Origin: Catajapyx aquilonaris
Taxonomy: Eukaryota
Length of the DNA: 64,000 bases
Assembly: GCA_000934665.2 (NCBI GenBank)
Contig: KZ538157.1
Span: 1 to 64,000 of the forward strand
Reading direction: 5' to 3'
The notes beneath the pieces were generated by a model, which saw only the letters and a list, made by a program, of their open reading frames with translations, was not told the origin of the DNA and ran no database searches. The position numbers and the translations under genes were made by a program. Position 1 is the first letter of the stretch, and each line of letters begins with the position of its first letter. This document shows positions 1 through 12,507 of this stretch, piece by piece.

Positions 1-1412
1 CCCCCCCCCCCCCCTCCCAGAAAAAATTTCTGCATCCGCCTCTGGCTGTGGCCTATACAATAGAGGAATATAATATAGTACCGTATATTATTTCTAGAAA
101 TTACCCAGGATGGAAGTTGTGAAATTTGAATTGAAACTTTCTGGACTTATGTGGTTTTCGAAACAACTGGCATTTCAAAGCCTAGATAAATGTGTGAAAT
201 TATTATTTTTACATTGTTACAAGTTACAAATTTCATGCTTTTTTTTTGTTTCATTATCACTTTTTGCTGACCAGCTAATTAATGTTTCATAGAATACCAT
301 GTGTTCTTGGGGGGTGTACAGTTCTAGATATCTCACTTCCATCATGTAGACATTAATTTTTTTGCACTAACTGCCACTTTGCAGTATTCAAGATACGATG
401 AATATATCTTTCATTTCATTCTTAAACCCCAAAATCACGATCCCAAGGCAAGCAACATGGTAGTATTAACTCAAATATTCCAAAAAGTGGACTTATGTTG
501 TTTTCGAAACAATTGATTCAATTGCATGAACATATTTGGAACGTTTGACTTTATTCTCTTCATGGGGAATCACGTTTATCATCTAGACGGGCCAATCGGG
601 GTTTTCCCATAGCAATGTATATAAAATGATATCTAGTCCTACAAGTCAATAAAGTTTATAAGATACGAAGGGTGACCTAGGAGCTGACAGGGGTGTTGCC
701 ACATTCTTACACTTGCAGGCAAAGATTAATATATTTCCAAAAATATAGCAATGCATCAACACCGAATAGTTGCGTCAAAATCTACGTTGTTTGTAGATAA
801 TGTAGCGTGAGATATCATGCAATGGAAGAAGGAGGCTGTTGCAAAATATACTTACATAAAAATTTATAAGGTAATTCAAGCAAGGTCGAGAAATTAAATG
901 TTAGGTGACTGACGTAAGTAGCGAGTGGCATGTGTGTTCCGCGGCTTTTTTATCTCACAAATTTATGTTCCGTGTGCCTTTACATTATCAGGTGTGTTTG
1001 TTGACACTTAGGTTTTTGTAATACGTATTATTTTAGTATACAGGGGAAGAGTATACAGGCCAGATGAAGTGGCTATATAAAATTATTTCACTTAAGCACA
1101 ATATGATTACAATCCACCGGCTGTTTACAATTTACGCCGAAATATATTGAATGCAAAGGTGCTCCAGTTGTAATGTCCTTTAGTGGTTAACAATTCATGA
1201 TTTTTTGTTTTCTTATTGAAGAAGTTACTTTTGCATATTTACTTTTAGTGATTATTAAAAGTATACCGGTACTAATATGCAGCAGACTCCAGATATAAGA
1301 GACTTCAAGGGACCGTATGCCTATAATGCACACTATATACTGCATACTGATTATTGAAACTCCACAAAAATGCAAAATTAACTCAACTGTACATTACGCA
1401 GGACTTAACAAC

Positions 1413-1671
1413 ATCCGTGCATGGCTAAACCAAAGAAAAGTCTGAATGCCAATTTTTTTCGCAAGCAAAGAAATATAACGGCACCCGACTTTTTCCAGGA
1501 GACAAACTAAAAATGGATGAAATTTTATTGTTCTAATTTTAATTTGATCTCATTTAAAGCAGTACAGTCGTCCATGAAAAACCTATGAAGAGCTCATTTT
1601 ACGGTATCTAGGACCATTTTCCGATTATCCGGCGACACCCGTGCAGCCATTAGCCCGGATAATCGGGAATA
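1413..1671. mobile_element. Partial MITE, same family as 17812-18367 (lacks the Helitron insert)
   Basis: Colinear similarity with 17866-17995 plus 18228-18357; ends in CCCGGATAATCGGGA. Confidence 0.8.
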
Positions 1672-2492
1672 CGAGTGACGGTCCAATGCACCCTCAAGTT
1701 CGCCACCCTCCACTGATCTACAGTATGTCCACAATCCCCTTTGAGCGGATAAGGAATTAGTGGTTTAATTGAAGTGTGCCAAAAGGCAGGTGATCTCACC
1801 TTAAGGAGGGGGGGGGGGGATGAGATACACACAGTTGGAGTAGGCCCAATTTGAATCACGGAACATATCACAGGGTGTCTGGGTCATAAGACCACCAAAA
1901 TACCGACAACCGAAATTCCTACTGGCCAAAATAGGTTACCAACATTACCATAATATACACTTTCTACAGGCAAAAATCCCGACATTATTGTTTTTAAAGT
2001 GCATGTTATAAGTATTTCCACGAAAGAACTTCTACACAGTAACACAATGTATATTCCTAGTCAGCTAAAATATTTATTCCAGTTGGAACTGTAATAATAT
2101 TGTTGCAGCTGTAAAGTAATCACTTGTATAAACAACTTCACGTTAACAAAACAAGGCGGTGACAAACTAACCTTATGTAAAGTACGACGTAGCCTACTGT
2201 AGTCTGTAATACAGAAGTAATGTGTGAGCGGCCTATTCCTCCGGTGACCTGACGATGACTAATACCATCTATAGCACTCAACTGACCGCTCTCCTTTCCA
2301 TCTTGTAACTCCATAGTATACGCCATGAGTCTTTTGTCCCTGTGACCGATTGAACAAGTTAGTCTAATATTCAGTAATTATTTTGGTCTTGTACTGCAAA
2401 CATTATGGCAGATGGCAGTCTACTTGTAGCCGAGTCTGTCATATCCGGAGTCAACTGTATTAGCTGCTGTAACTGTTTAAAATAACCAGATT

Positions 2493-2845
2493 TTTAAACC
2501 CCGTTAGAGAGAACAGCGCTCCTTTAAGATGGTGGAACACCACCATTACCTTCAATTTTCTATATATTCTGTATGTGTTTTCTTTGGACACCGTGCAGGG
2601 AAGAAAGGACATGAGGTAGGGATGGGGATTTCTGAGGAGGAGACACGGTGCAAGTGCAATGTCATCAACAGGGTCATGTGCATTGCGAAGTCTTCCTGGA
2701 GGTAATACTCGTAGGTTGCCAGACGCCTCCAAGGCGCGGGTCAGAGACCCTCCTGACGCAGACGAAAGGGAACTCCTGGGCGGGGATCGAACCCGGGGCC
2801 TTCCGCACAGCGAGCCGAGTCCCGACTCGGCTACCACGCCTCCCC
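2493..2845 (-). mobile_element. tRNA-derived SINE, family A, full length
   Basis: A box and B box (GGTTCGATCCC) on - strand; perfect 15-bp TSD TAAAATAACCAGATT at 2478-2492 and 2846-2860; sibling at 35636-35991. Confidence 0.9.
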
Positions 2846-5375
2846 TAAAATAACCAGATTAGTGCCAAGCACGAAGGACATTTCAATTATTACAATGCCA
2901 GTTATACATGTATATAGCATGGGCGTCATTATTGGAAAGCGTGAACTGTTATGGTCATTTTATGCAGAGATGCCATTTGGTCGGTGGCGCATCACCGATA
3001 TAATTGGCTATAACACAATTTAAATGGTATTACCACGTACAGTGGAATTAATTTAAACAGCGGGCGCATCAGAGTTGTAGTAGCCAGTCATAGTGATAAT
3101 AATCAGGAGTGTGGAATGCAGGTCTAGCGACAGGGCACGTGTATTTCAGGACTTAGCACACATTTGTATCTGTTGAAATGTCGCGGACACTTAGGGATCA
3201 CATTGGTAATCCTGAACCCTCCATTTAAGTCAGCCAGAAAAAGCAAACGACAACCAGACGAGAGCATTGTTGTGGTGACTTGCTGATGCTGATATTTTTC
3301 ACACCCTGGAATATTTATTAGATTATTTTATATCGGTCATCAATTTTGCAAAATAACTGCACAATGACCTAAAAAACAACTCATCTAAATTCGTCGAGTC
3401 CGAACCACTCAAAACGATTGCTAAGGACCAGTATTTGAATGGACTTTCTAAAATCTGAAAATGAACAAACAAATGTTTAATTTTCAAACTTTGTATGCCA
3501 TTTGGTATAGACTATAGAGCAAAAACACCAGGTGTGTGGAAACAAAACAAAATATGCTGTCAGCAAATGTTTTGTTTCCACACGTACCTGGACTTTATAT
3601 AGAACCACCCAATAGAAACCTCCCAGTGTCATAGCGAGATGTCCGACAAAACTCTCATAATTATCCGAGAAACATTGTAACACACTGTGCAACATTTACT
3701 GTGGCAACCTGTTGAATATCTTATCTTACCCACTTGAATCTAGCTGGTTATTTATTTGAACCCATTTACATAAATACGTTGTCAAATATTGGAAAAACCC
3801 AGGGTGTAAGTTGCCCAGAGTGACCAGACTAGAATGGTAAGTTGAACTAAAAATAGGCGCGATACTTAAAACATTCCAGCAAAAAAGTTGTTCACCTGTG
3901 ACCTTGAACACGAGCATCAGAAGAAAAGAAAAGAAAAATCCAGCAGTAGAAAAGTATTGCGCACTGCACAGCCTCAGTCACGAGGTTGCATTTAAAAATA
4001 AGACCGGTTTAGAGCAAATATTAATAAAATGCAATGTCTTACGGGTCACAGCCCTCAACACAGAGTGCGTCAAGTGAGACACCTACAGGGCAGGATTAGA
4101 GAAATTTCAGTGTATTTTTGTAGTTATTGTGAGACTTTGGATTTTGAAATATATCCTACTGGATTTAAGAAGCGTAAAATTTCTACGCTGTAAAGTGATT
4201 GCAGTGACATCACCGCAATTAACTATAAATGTTTGTAGTCATTTGGCATTGAATTACCGTGATTGCGTCATTGCTACGGGGCCACTTGAAATGATTGCGA
4301 CGATGATGGGATTCATTGCAATTTCAGTAAAAAAGAGTCGCACCTCGTAATTACCTTCATAAAGCAGGGATTATACTGTACGTATCCTGCGTAAATCCAT
4401 ATTATCATATGTTGATAATTCAGCATTTATTCAGTGATCTAGTAGTCAATTTTTTTTGTGTGTGAACCAAATCAGGGAGCAAAATGAAATATTAACAATA
4501 TCGTTCGAATCACTCCATCAGACAGAAGGTAATATGATCATTAATTGCAATGCAATATTTAAATTTCATTTAATTTAAAATGGTTAAGTGCTGGTGTTGC
4601 TTGAAAGTTATACTTTTCACAAATACAGATGAAATTTTATACACAGTTATACACGCAGAAAATATTACATTTACCTTGGCAAGATAGTACCTTAAAGCCT
4701 ATATCTTTATAATAAAAATTCATCGATATTATTCATAATGTCATTGCTCTTTCATTTTTCCGTATTACGCCCATGACGCTGCACCTTTACGAAACAAAAA
4801 AAGGAAATAAAACAAGGTCGCACACTCCCCAAACGGCAGACTGAACGATTCCTCTCATGTAAAAGACTGCTAATAATTTGCATGATTAGGTAACACCTTG
4901 AGTCAAAACTTTCTTCCATGCCCGGAAACAACATTGTAATACCCGTAATAATTGACGGCTTGCATAAGAAAAAATCCATTTCCCCAAACTCCTCCTACCC
5001 TCATTACTTTTCCCTCCCAACTAATATGATCTAAGTGCCGATCCTTACGGTACCGATCTGAAAACAATTCCGTGACCAACCCCAGTCCTTGCTAGGTGCC
5101 AGCAGGAGCCATAATTGGTCCCATGTTACGACAAGGCCAAGTGTCGAAGGTCAACTCTGAATTCATGCGGTACAATAGTGACCAAGGCTCCGTAATACCC
5201 ACTTCCGTACCCCTAAAAAGACTAGGAACTGGAAAAAAAAGATGTAGCAAAAATACTAGTCACGCCCTCGAAGGACTATACCTCATCATCGTATTGGCCT
5301 TCATTCACCTGATGAACATCTACGTAAATTCGGACCCACTGCTGATTAGCAGTCTGAATCGTCCGTTGTGAAAGT

Positions 5376-5592
5376 AAGCACGTGCTTGGCAAACTTGAAA
5401 AAAAAAAAACGGGGTATATATTCCACCTCCAGCAAGAAAAGGCACGGAGTGTCTCACCAGTTGCGCAAACGAGTTTCCGTGCACTAACTGGTGGTTGTTA
5501 GGTGGAGAACACCTCACTTGAAAAGAGGCAGGGACACGTACCACATCTTACAGTCTGCTGGACATAGGTTATAAATCAAGTTAGAGCACGTG
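5376..5592 (+). promoter_or_regulatory. Candidate FAR proximal promoter (TATAAA and two CACGTG E-boxes)
   Basis: TATAAA 5570-5575, about 95 nt upstream of the ATG; CACGTG at 5379-5384 (within palindrome AAGCACGTGCTT) and 5587-5592. Motif position only, no transcript data. Confidence 0.3.
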
Positions 5593-5668
5593 GGAAACGC
5601 GGCTTACCCCTGCGTCACGGTAGTGGTTGGTGTCCCACACGGTACGGTACGGTCATCTTAGCGTCACA

Positions 5669-5857
5669 ATGAGCCAAGTGCAGAAGTTTTATTCCGGGAA
5701 GGACGTTTTTGTTACGGGAGCTACCGGATTTGTGGGGAAGGTCCTGTTGCAGAAGTTGTTAAGGGCATTTCCAGATATAGGTATAGTGTACTTTCTGTTA
5801 CGACCCAAACACAACCAGACGCCCAAGGATCGATTGGAGAAACTGCTCAAGAGCAAG
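5669..5857 (+). CDS. FAR: FAR exon 1 (Rossmann fold start)
   Basis: MSQVQKFYSGKDVFVTGATGFVGKVLLQKLL...; donor AAG|GTGAGT, phase 0. Confidence 0.95.
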
Positions 5858-7804
5858 GTGAGTTTTTTGACAAAAAAAAAAAAAAAATCAATTTTTTAGT
5901 GGTGTGAAAGTGGTTGGACTGCTTCTGAAGCGAAATTCTGCTTGGCACGATGCAAACTTTGACCTCGAATAGCTATTATATCACTGTGGTCAACTTGTGA
6001 ACGCCTGTCTGGGTCAGGATGTGCTATAACACCCTGAAGTGTCTTCCTGATGTAAGCTGGCGGAAAGAACATTCCGGCCAACTACTTTCACATCAATAAA
6101 ATGTCTACTTTACGTAAGTCCTTACAGGGGTACTTTTCTTCAGCTTGATAACTTCCTGCCATAGAAATATTCGCTCATAAAGTACATAAAATATGACTCT
6201 AATAATCAGTAAGTAAAAACGAACAACTACGTAACAATGAAATGTTATCGTTATTATTGCAATTATTTATAGTAGATTATTATTTATTTTGTTTTTTATT
6301 ATTTATTTTATTTTTAGTTAATTATTTTCTTTTATTTTATTTTTAGTAGATTTTTTTGCAATTATTTATAGTAGATTTATACTGTAGTATAGGGAAATGT
6401 CGTGATGTTGATAATGATGATGATGATGATTTATAGTAGAAATGTAGATGAGTTTTTATTCAGTTTTTATTCTGAAGGACATTTGAAATATTTAGACTCC
6501 AAATTTGACATAGAAAAGCTGTAAGAGGTAACGTCACACGGGGTGAGATTGTGCCAAGTGGGGGTGAGATTGTGCCAGCACATTTTCGGACGACAGTGGC
6601 AGCAGGCGTAAACTAGCGAATTTAGGCATGTTTTACTATACATCTAGGTTGGCAATGATGAGTAAAATTCACGGTAGGGCGCACTGTAGTCCAAAAAATG
6701 CGCTGGCACAATCTCACCCCTTTTGACGGTACCTCTCTTTCTTAATAGTTTTTACATTCACAATTAGTGTGAAAATAAACAGAAGCCGAGTCTTACGCAA
6801 CAAAAAAGCTGAATAAAATCACATCGCATTTCTTCAACTTCCTTACTGTGTGTTTGGCCCACATTATGGCATATTAAAAAATTCTGCTCTATTTTTTTTT
6901 AAACCGTGGCTCTCAGCTAAGTCACTGGTTTCACACGCAATTTTTAGATACCGATCAATCAAAAGTGAAATTTTTATTACTCACATTCTAGACTAAGTAT
7001 TGTTTAAAACTCCATCCGCATAGCAATCCTGGATGACACGCTGTCGAAAGGTTAATGTGCGAATAATCGAGGGAATTAACACTTCCTATGGTGTAAATTG
7101 CAGCATCAAACGGATCATTTAGAAAGTTTCGTGACATAACCGGTGTAGATACGAATCTCTTTACCAGAATTGTTTACCAAAATGACAATAGATATTGGTG
7201 CTCAGAGGACAACAACTACAGTATCGATAAATACAAACAAGAGAGTTTCAGGAAGTACTTATGCAAGCAGAAGAATGCGAAATACAGTTGATATCCTTCA
7301 GTCCTCCTCTGGCAACATTTAAAGAAACCAGTTACAGCCGCCGAACCCAAGGTTTAGCGGACACATTCACATTTTTAAATAAACGGCGGCAGTAATAAGA
7401 CAAAGGACTGGGGGGGTAGAGCAGAACCATTTTACACAAGAAAGACAGTAAATAATTATTTACCTTGGATTCTTCAATTGAGTTTGTACAAGAAAGTAAC
7501 ATAATTGAAATTGAGTTCCTCTTCTGTATACGTCTGTTACGTCACTTGAAGGCCACAGTGTTATACTCAGGTGGGCGTGGGACTAATTACTGCTCGTGAA
7601 AAGTGATTGACAAGCTATACTTCATCCTTCTTTTCTATGTACAACTTATATACTGTAGGATACATATATGGAAGTTACGTGGTATTAATAATTCTATTTG
7701 CATAATATTATAATGAACAAAATGAATTACCTGCCTGATATTATTTTACAGTTTAATTCCAGAGTTATTCGTTTCAAAGTGCCTGTGGCTCTCCAGAATT
7801 ACAC

Positions 7805-7852
<48 letters not shown>

Positions 7853-7972
7853 GTGGTGGTGGTGGTGGTGATGGTGATGATGATGATGATGTATCAGCTT
7901 TAGAAATACTACGAATTTCAGGGAATTGAACATACAATGCATTGTAATACAATATATTATTGAGGCAAATCG

Positions 7973-8053
<81 letters not shown>

Positions 8054-11000
8054 GTTTATGTATTTATTAATTAAACAAATGAAGCATGTAGATGTCCAAT
8101 ACCATTACGCAGGTTGAGGCATTCCCAAAATATGAGTAAGAATTAATGAATTGTTTATCCCGGCAACCTGTAGGAATTCGCATTCTGGGACACATTCACT
8201 TGTGGTTGTTATTATTTCCCTGGTTACTACTGGAATGGACAAATTTGCCAGTTCTTCCCTTGAATTTGGGATTTGGGCAGTGTATTGTACCTATACAGTA
8301 TATTCGGCGCATAAAAAGCCCATCTCTGTATTACGTAAACCCGTTTTTTACACAAGTGCATCCCGTAGAAATATCTACGAGCATAACCTTGGCTAGACTG
8401 TTAATCCCTACATAACTCCCTGCACATAAAATATCCAGCTAAAATTACATAATAGTGCCTATGATAAATGATTTTGTTCAAGTCTATAGACTTGTCAGCC
8501 TATAAGCTATTGGCTGTGCAAACTTGGACGAACAATCCATATTCATCTCACTCCCTGTAACTCTGCATGTAATTTTATTCAGTATTAATAGGTTAATAAA
8601 TTAATGTTGGTGAGTAGGCCTACTATGTAACATCTTACACTGTTGTAAAATTTCGAAATGTGTCTTGATTGACCTAACGACTTAGTTCCCTTGAGCATGT
8701 CTCCATTACTAAAAAGAACAATGATCATCTGTCATCCCTCGTCGATTGCTGAAGGCCATCGCCCCCATTAATATCGCAGTAGAATTTGATGAGGAAAATC
8801 CTGAATGAATATTTTCCCCTCGTGTAAATGTCCCCTTAGACACAAGTTCATTGTCGCTTTACTATCACCCCGTCACTGACACGATAACATGTTTTGTACA
8901 AGATTTTCAAACCCTCTCCTGAATCGAAAGTGATCCAAACAAGTGCCACAAAAACTCCTTCATGAGCACAAGACCACAGACGGAGTTCATTTGATAAAAT
9001 TCCCCACATTGCTGAGGATTTTCCCATGACATGATTCATTGACATTGTAAGGGAAAACTATTGGGATTCCCTACGCATCTGCTAAACCTGTTTTTGATAC
9101 CTTTAGTGTTAATAATACGATAAGCTGAAAAACTGAACAAATGAAAACGCCAAAGAAATCTTTGGCTCTTTCCCATCTTTTTCCTCCTCCAGTCGAAGGC
9201 CAACATGTTGCGGGTTTACTTTTTAAGAAATCAGTATATACAATCCATGACCTACGTAATATATTTCCTCTTGATGCTATTGTGTAACACGCGGTACACA
9301 TTACACCCACATTTCACAAAAAAAAATGTCGCGCGGCAAACGGCGCGCGTTGCGGCAAATTTTTGATTTATATTTATTGTTGCCAATTGTTGGCAATAAA
9401 TAAATATAAATAATAAATTTGCCGCAACGCGCGCCGTTTGCCGCGCGACATTTTTTTGTGAAATGGCCTTTATACGTAATATAAAAGTAGCGAATCCAAC
9501 ACCATTTTTGATCAGTTCGGCAGTGTCGCGTGTGTGCACATAGAGAAAGGATGACCATGAAGAAACGTAGCTGTCAATCACTCTTTTAAAAAAAAGAAAC
9601 AGTAAACAAGTGTCCCTTACGCTTCACCTTGACCAGCATTGTTGACCCAAACACCGGCCTATATTTAAATGAGCACCCCCCACAGAAAGGCCTTGATTCC
9701 ATGCGAAGATGAAAGTTCCTGCGCAATTGATTGACCCAACCAGTGATTTGCATGTTGATTAAATGGCTTGCCTGGGGCTTTTGTTGTTCCTTCCAGGCCT
9801 TCAGCAGAGTGAATCCCGATGACATTAAAAAATTGGTGCCCATTGTTGGAGACATTTGCGAGGATCGCCTGGGACTGAGCAACGAGGATGAGAAGACATT
9901 GTCGGAAAATGTGTCTGTTGTCTTCCATTTCGCAGCTGCGGTCAGATTCGACCAGCCCTTGAAAGCTTCTATCAACCAGAATTACATGGGGACCAAACGG
10001 GTTCTTGAGCTATGCCTCAAGATGACCAACCTCAAGGTAAACTCAAAAAATCCACAATCCCAAGGTCAGCTTCGGTTGCGACATGAATTCTGGTCAATGC
10101 ACCAAAATTATACTTCGTGATGACCAGTGCTGGTCAATTTTCTACACTTGACTCAGAATTTGAACAATGAGCATGGCACGATGTGATCTTCCACAATGTC
10201 CTTCTCACCAAGAGTTACATCATTGGTGCCATAAAAATGTGCTATTTTACAGGCGCTGGTGCACGTTTCTACTGCTTATTCAAACTGCGAAAGAGAAGAA
10301 ATAAACGAGGTCGTATATCCAACCAAAATGGATCCTGATGATGTGGTTAAATGTGTGAACCTATTCAACGACGAAATTGTGGACAACATGACACCAATGT
10401 AAGTCCCAACATCGCGGCGTATACGAAGTGTTAACAAAATATGCTCTTTCAGATTGTTAGGAGAGAAGCCAAACACCTACATTTATACCAAGTCTTTGGC
10501 TGAAGTATTAGTGGCTCGTCACAGTGATCGAATTCCAGTAGCCATCATAAGGCCATCTATAGGTAGGTGCAGGATAAATATGTTACGTACCACCAAACGA
10601 GGTGAGATTGTTCCAGCACATTTTTGCATGATGAGGGATAAACTAGCGAATTTATAAGGTTGGAAAATGCGCCCTGGCACAATCTCACCCCATTTGACGA
10701 TTTGTTGCTGTCGTACCATCTCATCATGGGAATACGAACTGGCTTTTGCTTAGCCTTGTACGTCCTCCTCGGACACGGCCACGGTAAATTATCTCGGACA
10801 AGAAATGGCCATGAACTGTGCATTCATGCAAAAAAAAAAGCGCTAATCCTACAATGCGACTTTTGGGGCGTTAATAAACACGATCGGACTTTTTGTTGGC
10901 AGTGATTGCATCGTGGAAAGATCCTATACCTGGTTGGATCGACACAATGAATGGTCCGGCAGGATTGTCCATCGCTGTCGGTAAAGGAATACTTAGAAGC

Positions 11001-12507
11001 TTCCCAGTGGACAAGAACAAGGTGGTGGACTTCATTCCAGTGGACATGATCATCAACCATGCCATTGTTGTCGGTTGGAAAACTGCAACAGACAGGTGAT
11101 TTTGACAACGTCACTAGCATCCTGTACAAAATTTCACTCATGCAGGACCGATCGGCTTTCGCGAAAAAGACACGTCTAATCGATTTCCCTCAACAACTAG
11201 TTTCGCGGCTTCGAATATACTAAGTTACGTCCAAGTATCTATACAGTATAATGATTGGGAGGCCCCTTTTTGTTGTCATACGTGAAAGCGCAAAATGTGC
11301 TGGGAAAAATGGGAAGCCAAATTTTTGCGAGAGTCCGAGTGACCTCATTCCCTCATGGTTTTGCGTGCTTTTGTGATGACGGAAGAACACTTGCCATTTT
11401 CTTCGCGAAATCACCAGAGCGGTTATATTAAGGTCAAGTTAACTTCTGATGAAGGTTAACTACTTTTTTTTTCGCACGGTTAGGAATCGGGCAGACGAAT
11501 AACGCAATTTGTGCTTTTCCAGCCCGTACCAAATGGCCGTGTACAACAATACATCCGGAACTTTGAACCCGATGACTTGGGGCGACTATGGTCATCTGGC
11601 CGTGACACATTACCTCCGCAATCCAATGCTGAATGTGCTGTGGTATCCCAGCACCACCTTCTTCCAGGGACCAATGAACCATGTTCTTAAAGACCTCTTC
11701 GTACATTACATACCAGCCAAAGCCATCGATGCAGTCCGGAAGGCTTCGGGGAAGAAACCAAGGTACGATTGAGTCATACCTCGGAAGTAACGTATATCAT
11801 GCAAATCAGGTGGGCGGACACACATGGAAAATAAGGTACAACACCTAACCTTACTGTGGGCTCGGGGCCGAGAGAGTGGCCTAATTGGTAGGCCTAGTAG
11901 GTGTTAAATGAGCATGAATGCAATGATTGCACTTGTATTAGTGGCACGTGATGCTTTTTTGTATGGCCTACATTAGTGCCGCATGGTTGGATCCAACTTC
12001 CTACTTCAAGTCACGTGCAGAAGGCAGTCTTTACTTATGTAAAAGTCACATTTTTTGATCCTGATGAGTGTTTTTTTGCAGAATGATGAAGTTTTACAAT
12101 AAGTTATTGCGCATTCATCGAGCATTGGAAGTGTTTACCAAGAAGGAATGGCGTTTCCATAATGACAACACAATGGCGATGTGGAACAGTTTGAGTCCGG
12201 AAGATAAAGAGTTGTTCCCGTTTGATGTGTCCAGTGTCCATTGGCCAACCTTCATAGCGCATTGTATGGCCATGGGAGTCAAGTGCTTGGATGACATGGA
12301 CTTTGACAGGATTCCAGAAGCACGCCGACACCTCAGAAAGTGAGTCAATCACCGCCAATGTTGACCAACCGTCGCTTATTTCATATCACACTGTAATTTG
12401 ACCCCCTTTTTCGTTTCAGGTTGTACTGGGTTCAGTTTCTGGTTCACGGACTGTGCCTGGCATTGTTGGTCCAACTTTTGTGCACGCTATTTGGCGTCTT
12501 TTCCTGA
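5669..12507 (+). CDS. FAR: Fatty acyl-CoA reductase (alcohol-forming FAR), 8 coding exons, 487 aa
   Basis: join(5669-5857,9797-10036,10253-10398,10453-10562,10903-11095,11523-11762,12082-12339,12420-12507) = 1464 nt. All introns GT-AG with matching phases. Motifs VFVTGATGFVGKVLLQKLLR, VFHFAAAVRFD, LVHVSTAY, PNTYIYTKSLAE (YxxxK), IIRPSIV, PIPGWID, D.IPVD, EWRFHNDN, FPFD; hydrophobic C-terminus. Confidence 0.96.
6531..6729. mobile_element. pogo/Tc1-type MITE in FAR intron 1
   Basis: TIR (C)CGTCA..GGGGTGAGATTGTGCCA / TGGCACAATCTCACCCCTTTTGACGG, flanked by TA. Confidence 0.8.
7805..8052. repeat. Two compound microsatellites: (AAT)n(GGT)n(GAT)n and (CAT)n(TAT)n
   Basis: Read directly at about 7805-7890 and 7972-8052. 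Confidence 0.95.
9310..9465. mobile_element. Near-perfect hairpin element (MITE-like)
   Basis: Arms of about 75 bp, CATTTCACAAAA..GTCGCGCGGCAAACGGCGCGCGTTGCGGCAAATT and its reverse complement. Confidence 0.8.
9797..10036 (+). CDS. FAR: FAR exon 2
   Basis: ttccttccag|GCC; AFSRVNPDDIKKLVPIVGDI...VVFHFAAAVRFDQPL...MTNLK; donor AAG|GTAAAC. Confidence 0.94.
10253..10398 (+). CDS. FAR: FAR exon 3 (not in ORF track)
   Basis: ttttacag|GCG; ALVHVSTAYSNCEREEINEVVYP...; donor AT|GTAAGT, phase 2. Confidence 0.93.
10453..10562 (+). CDS. FAR: FAR exon 4 (catalytic YxxxK)
   Basis: Follows a 54-nt intron; LLGEKPNTYIYTKSLAEVLV...IIRPSI; donor G|GTAGGT. Confidence 0.94.
10590..10700. mobile_element. Internally deleted sibling of MITE 6531-6729, in FAR intron 4
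   Basis: GGTGAGATTGT.CCAGCACATTTT, TAAACTAGCGAATTTA and CTGGCACAATCTCACCCC are shared. Confidence 0.75.
10903..11095 (+). CDS. FAR: FAR exon 5
   Basis: VIASWKDPIPGWIDTMNGPAG...DFIPVDMIINHAIVVGW; donor AG|GTGATT. Confidence 0.93.
11523..11762 (+). CDS. FAR: FAR exon 6
   Basis: ttttccag|C; PYQMAVYNNTSGTLNPMTWG...LWYP...HYIPAKAID...GKKP; donor AG|GTACGA. Confidence 0.93.
12082..12339 (+). CDS. FAR: FAR exon 7 (FAR C-terminal/Sterile domain)
   Basis: tttttgcag|A; MMKFYNKL...FTKKEWRFHNDN...DKELFPFDVSSVHW; donor AA|GTGAGT. Confidence 0.93.
12420..12507 (+). CDS. FAR: FAR exon 8 (terminal, predicted membrane anchor)
   Basis: cgtttcag|G; LYWVQFLVHGLCLALLVQLLCTLFGVFS then TGA at 12505-12507. Confidence 0.88.

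Noticed and set aside
1..44. Poly-C followed by TGCATCCGCCTCTG, resembling the right end of a MITE
   Set aside because: Cut by the window edge; the partner TIR cannot be seen
5627..5668. Upstream TTG start for FAR given by the ORF track
   Set aside because: Eukaryotic gene; ATG at 5669 gives a typical FAR N-terminus just before the Rossmann motif
7746..8003. ORFs with poly-M/L/S/Y/I runs (also 45255-45567, 56079-56309, 63428-63631)
   Set aside because: Translations of trinucleotide microsatellites
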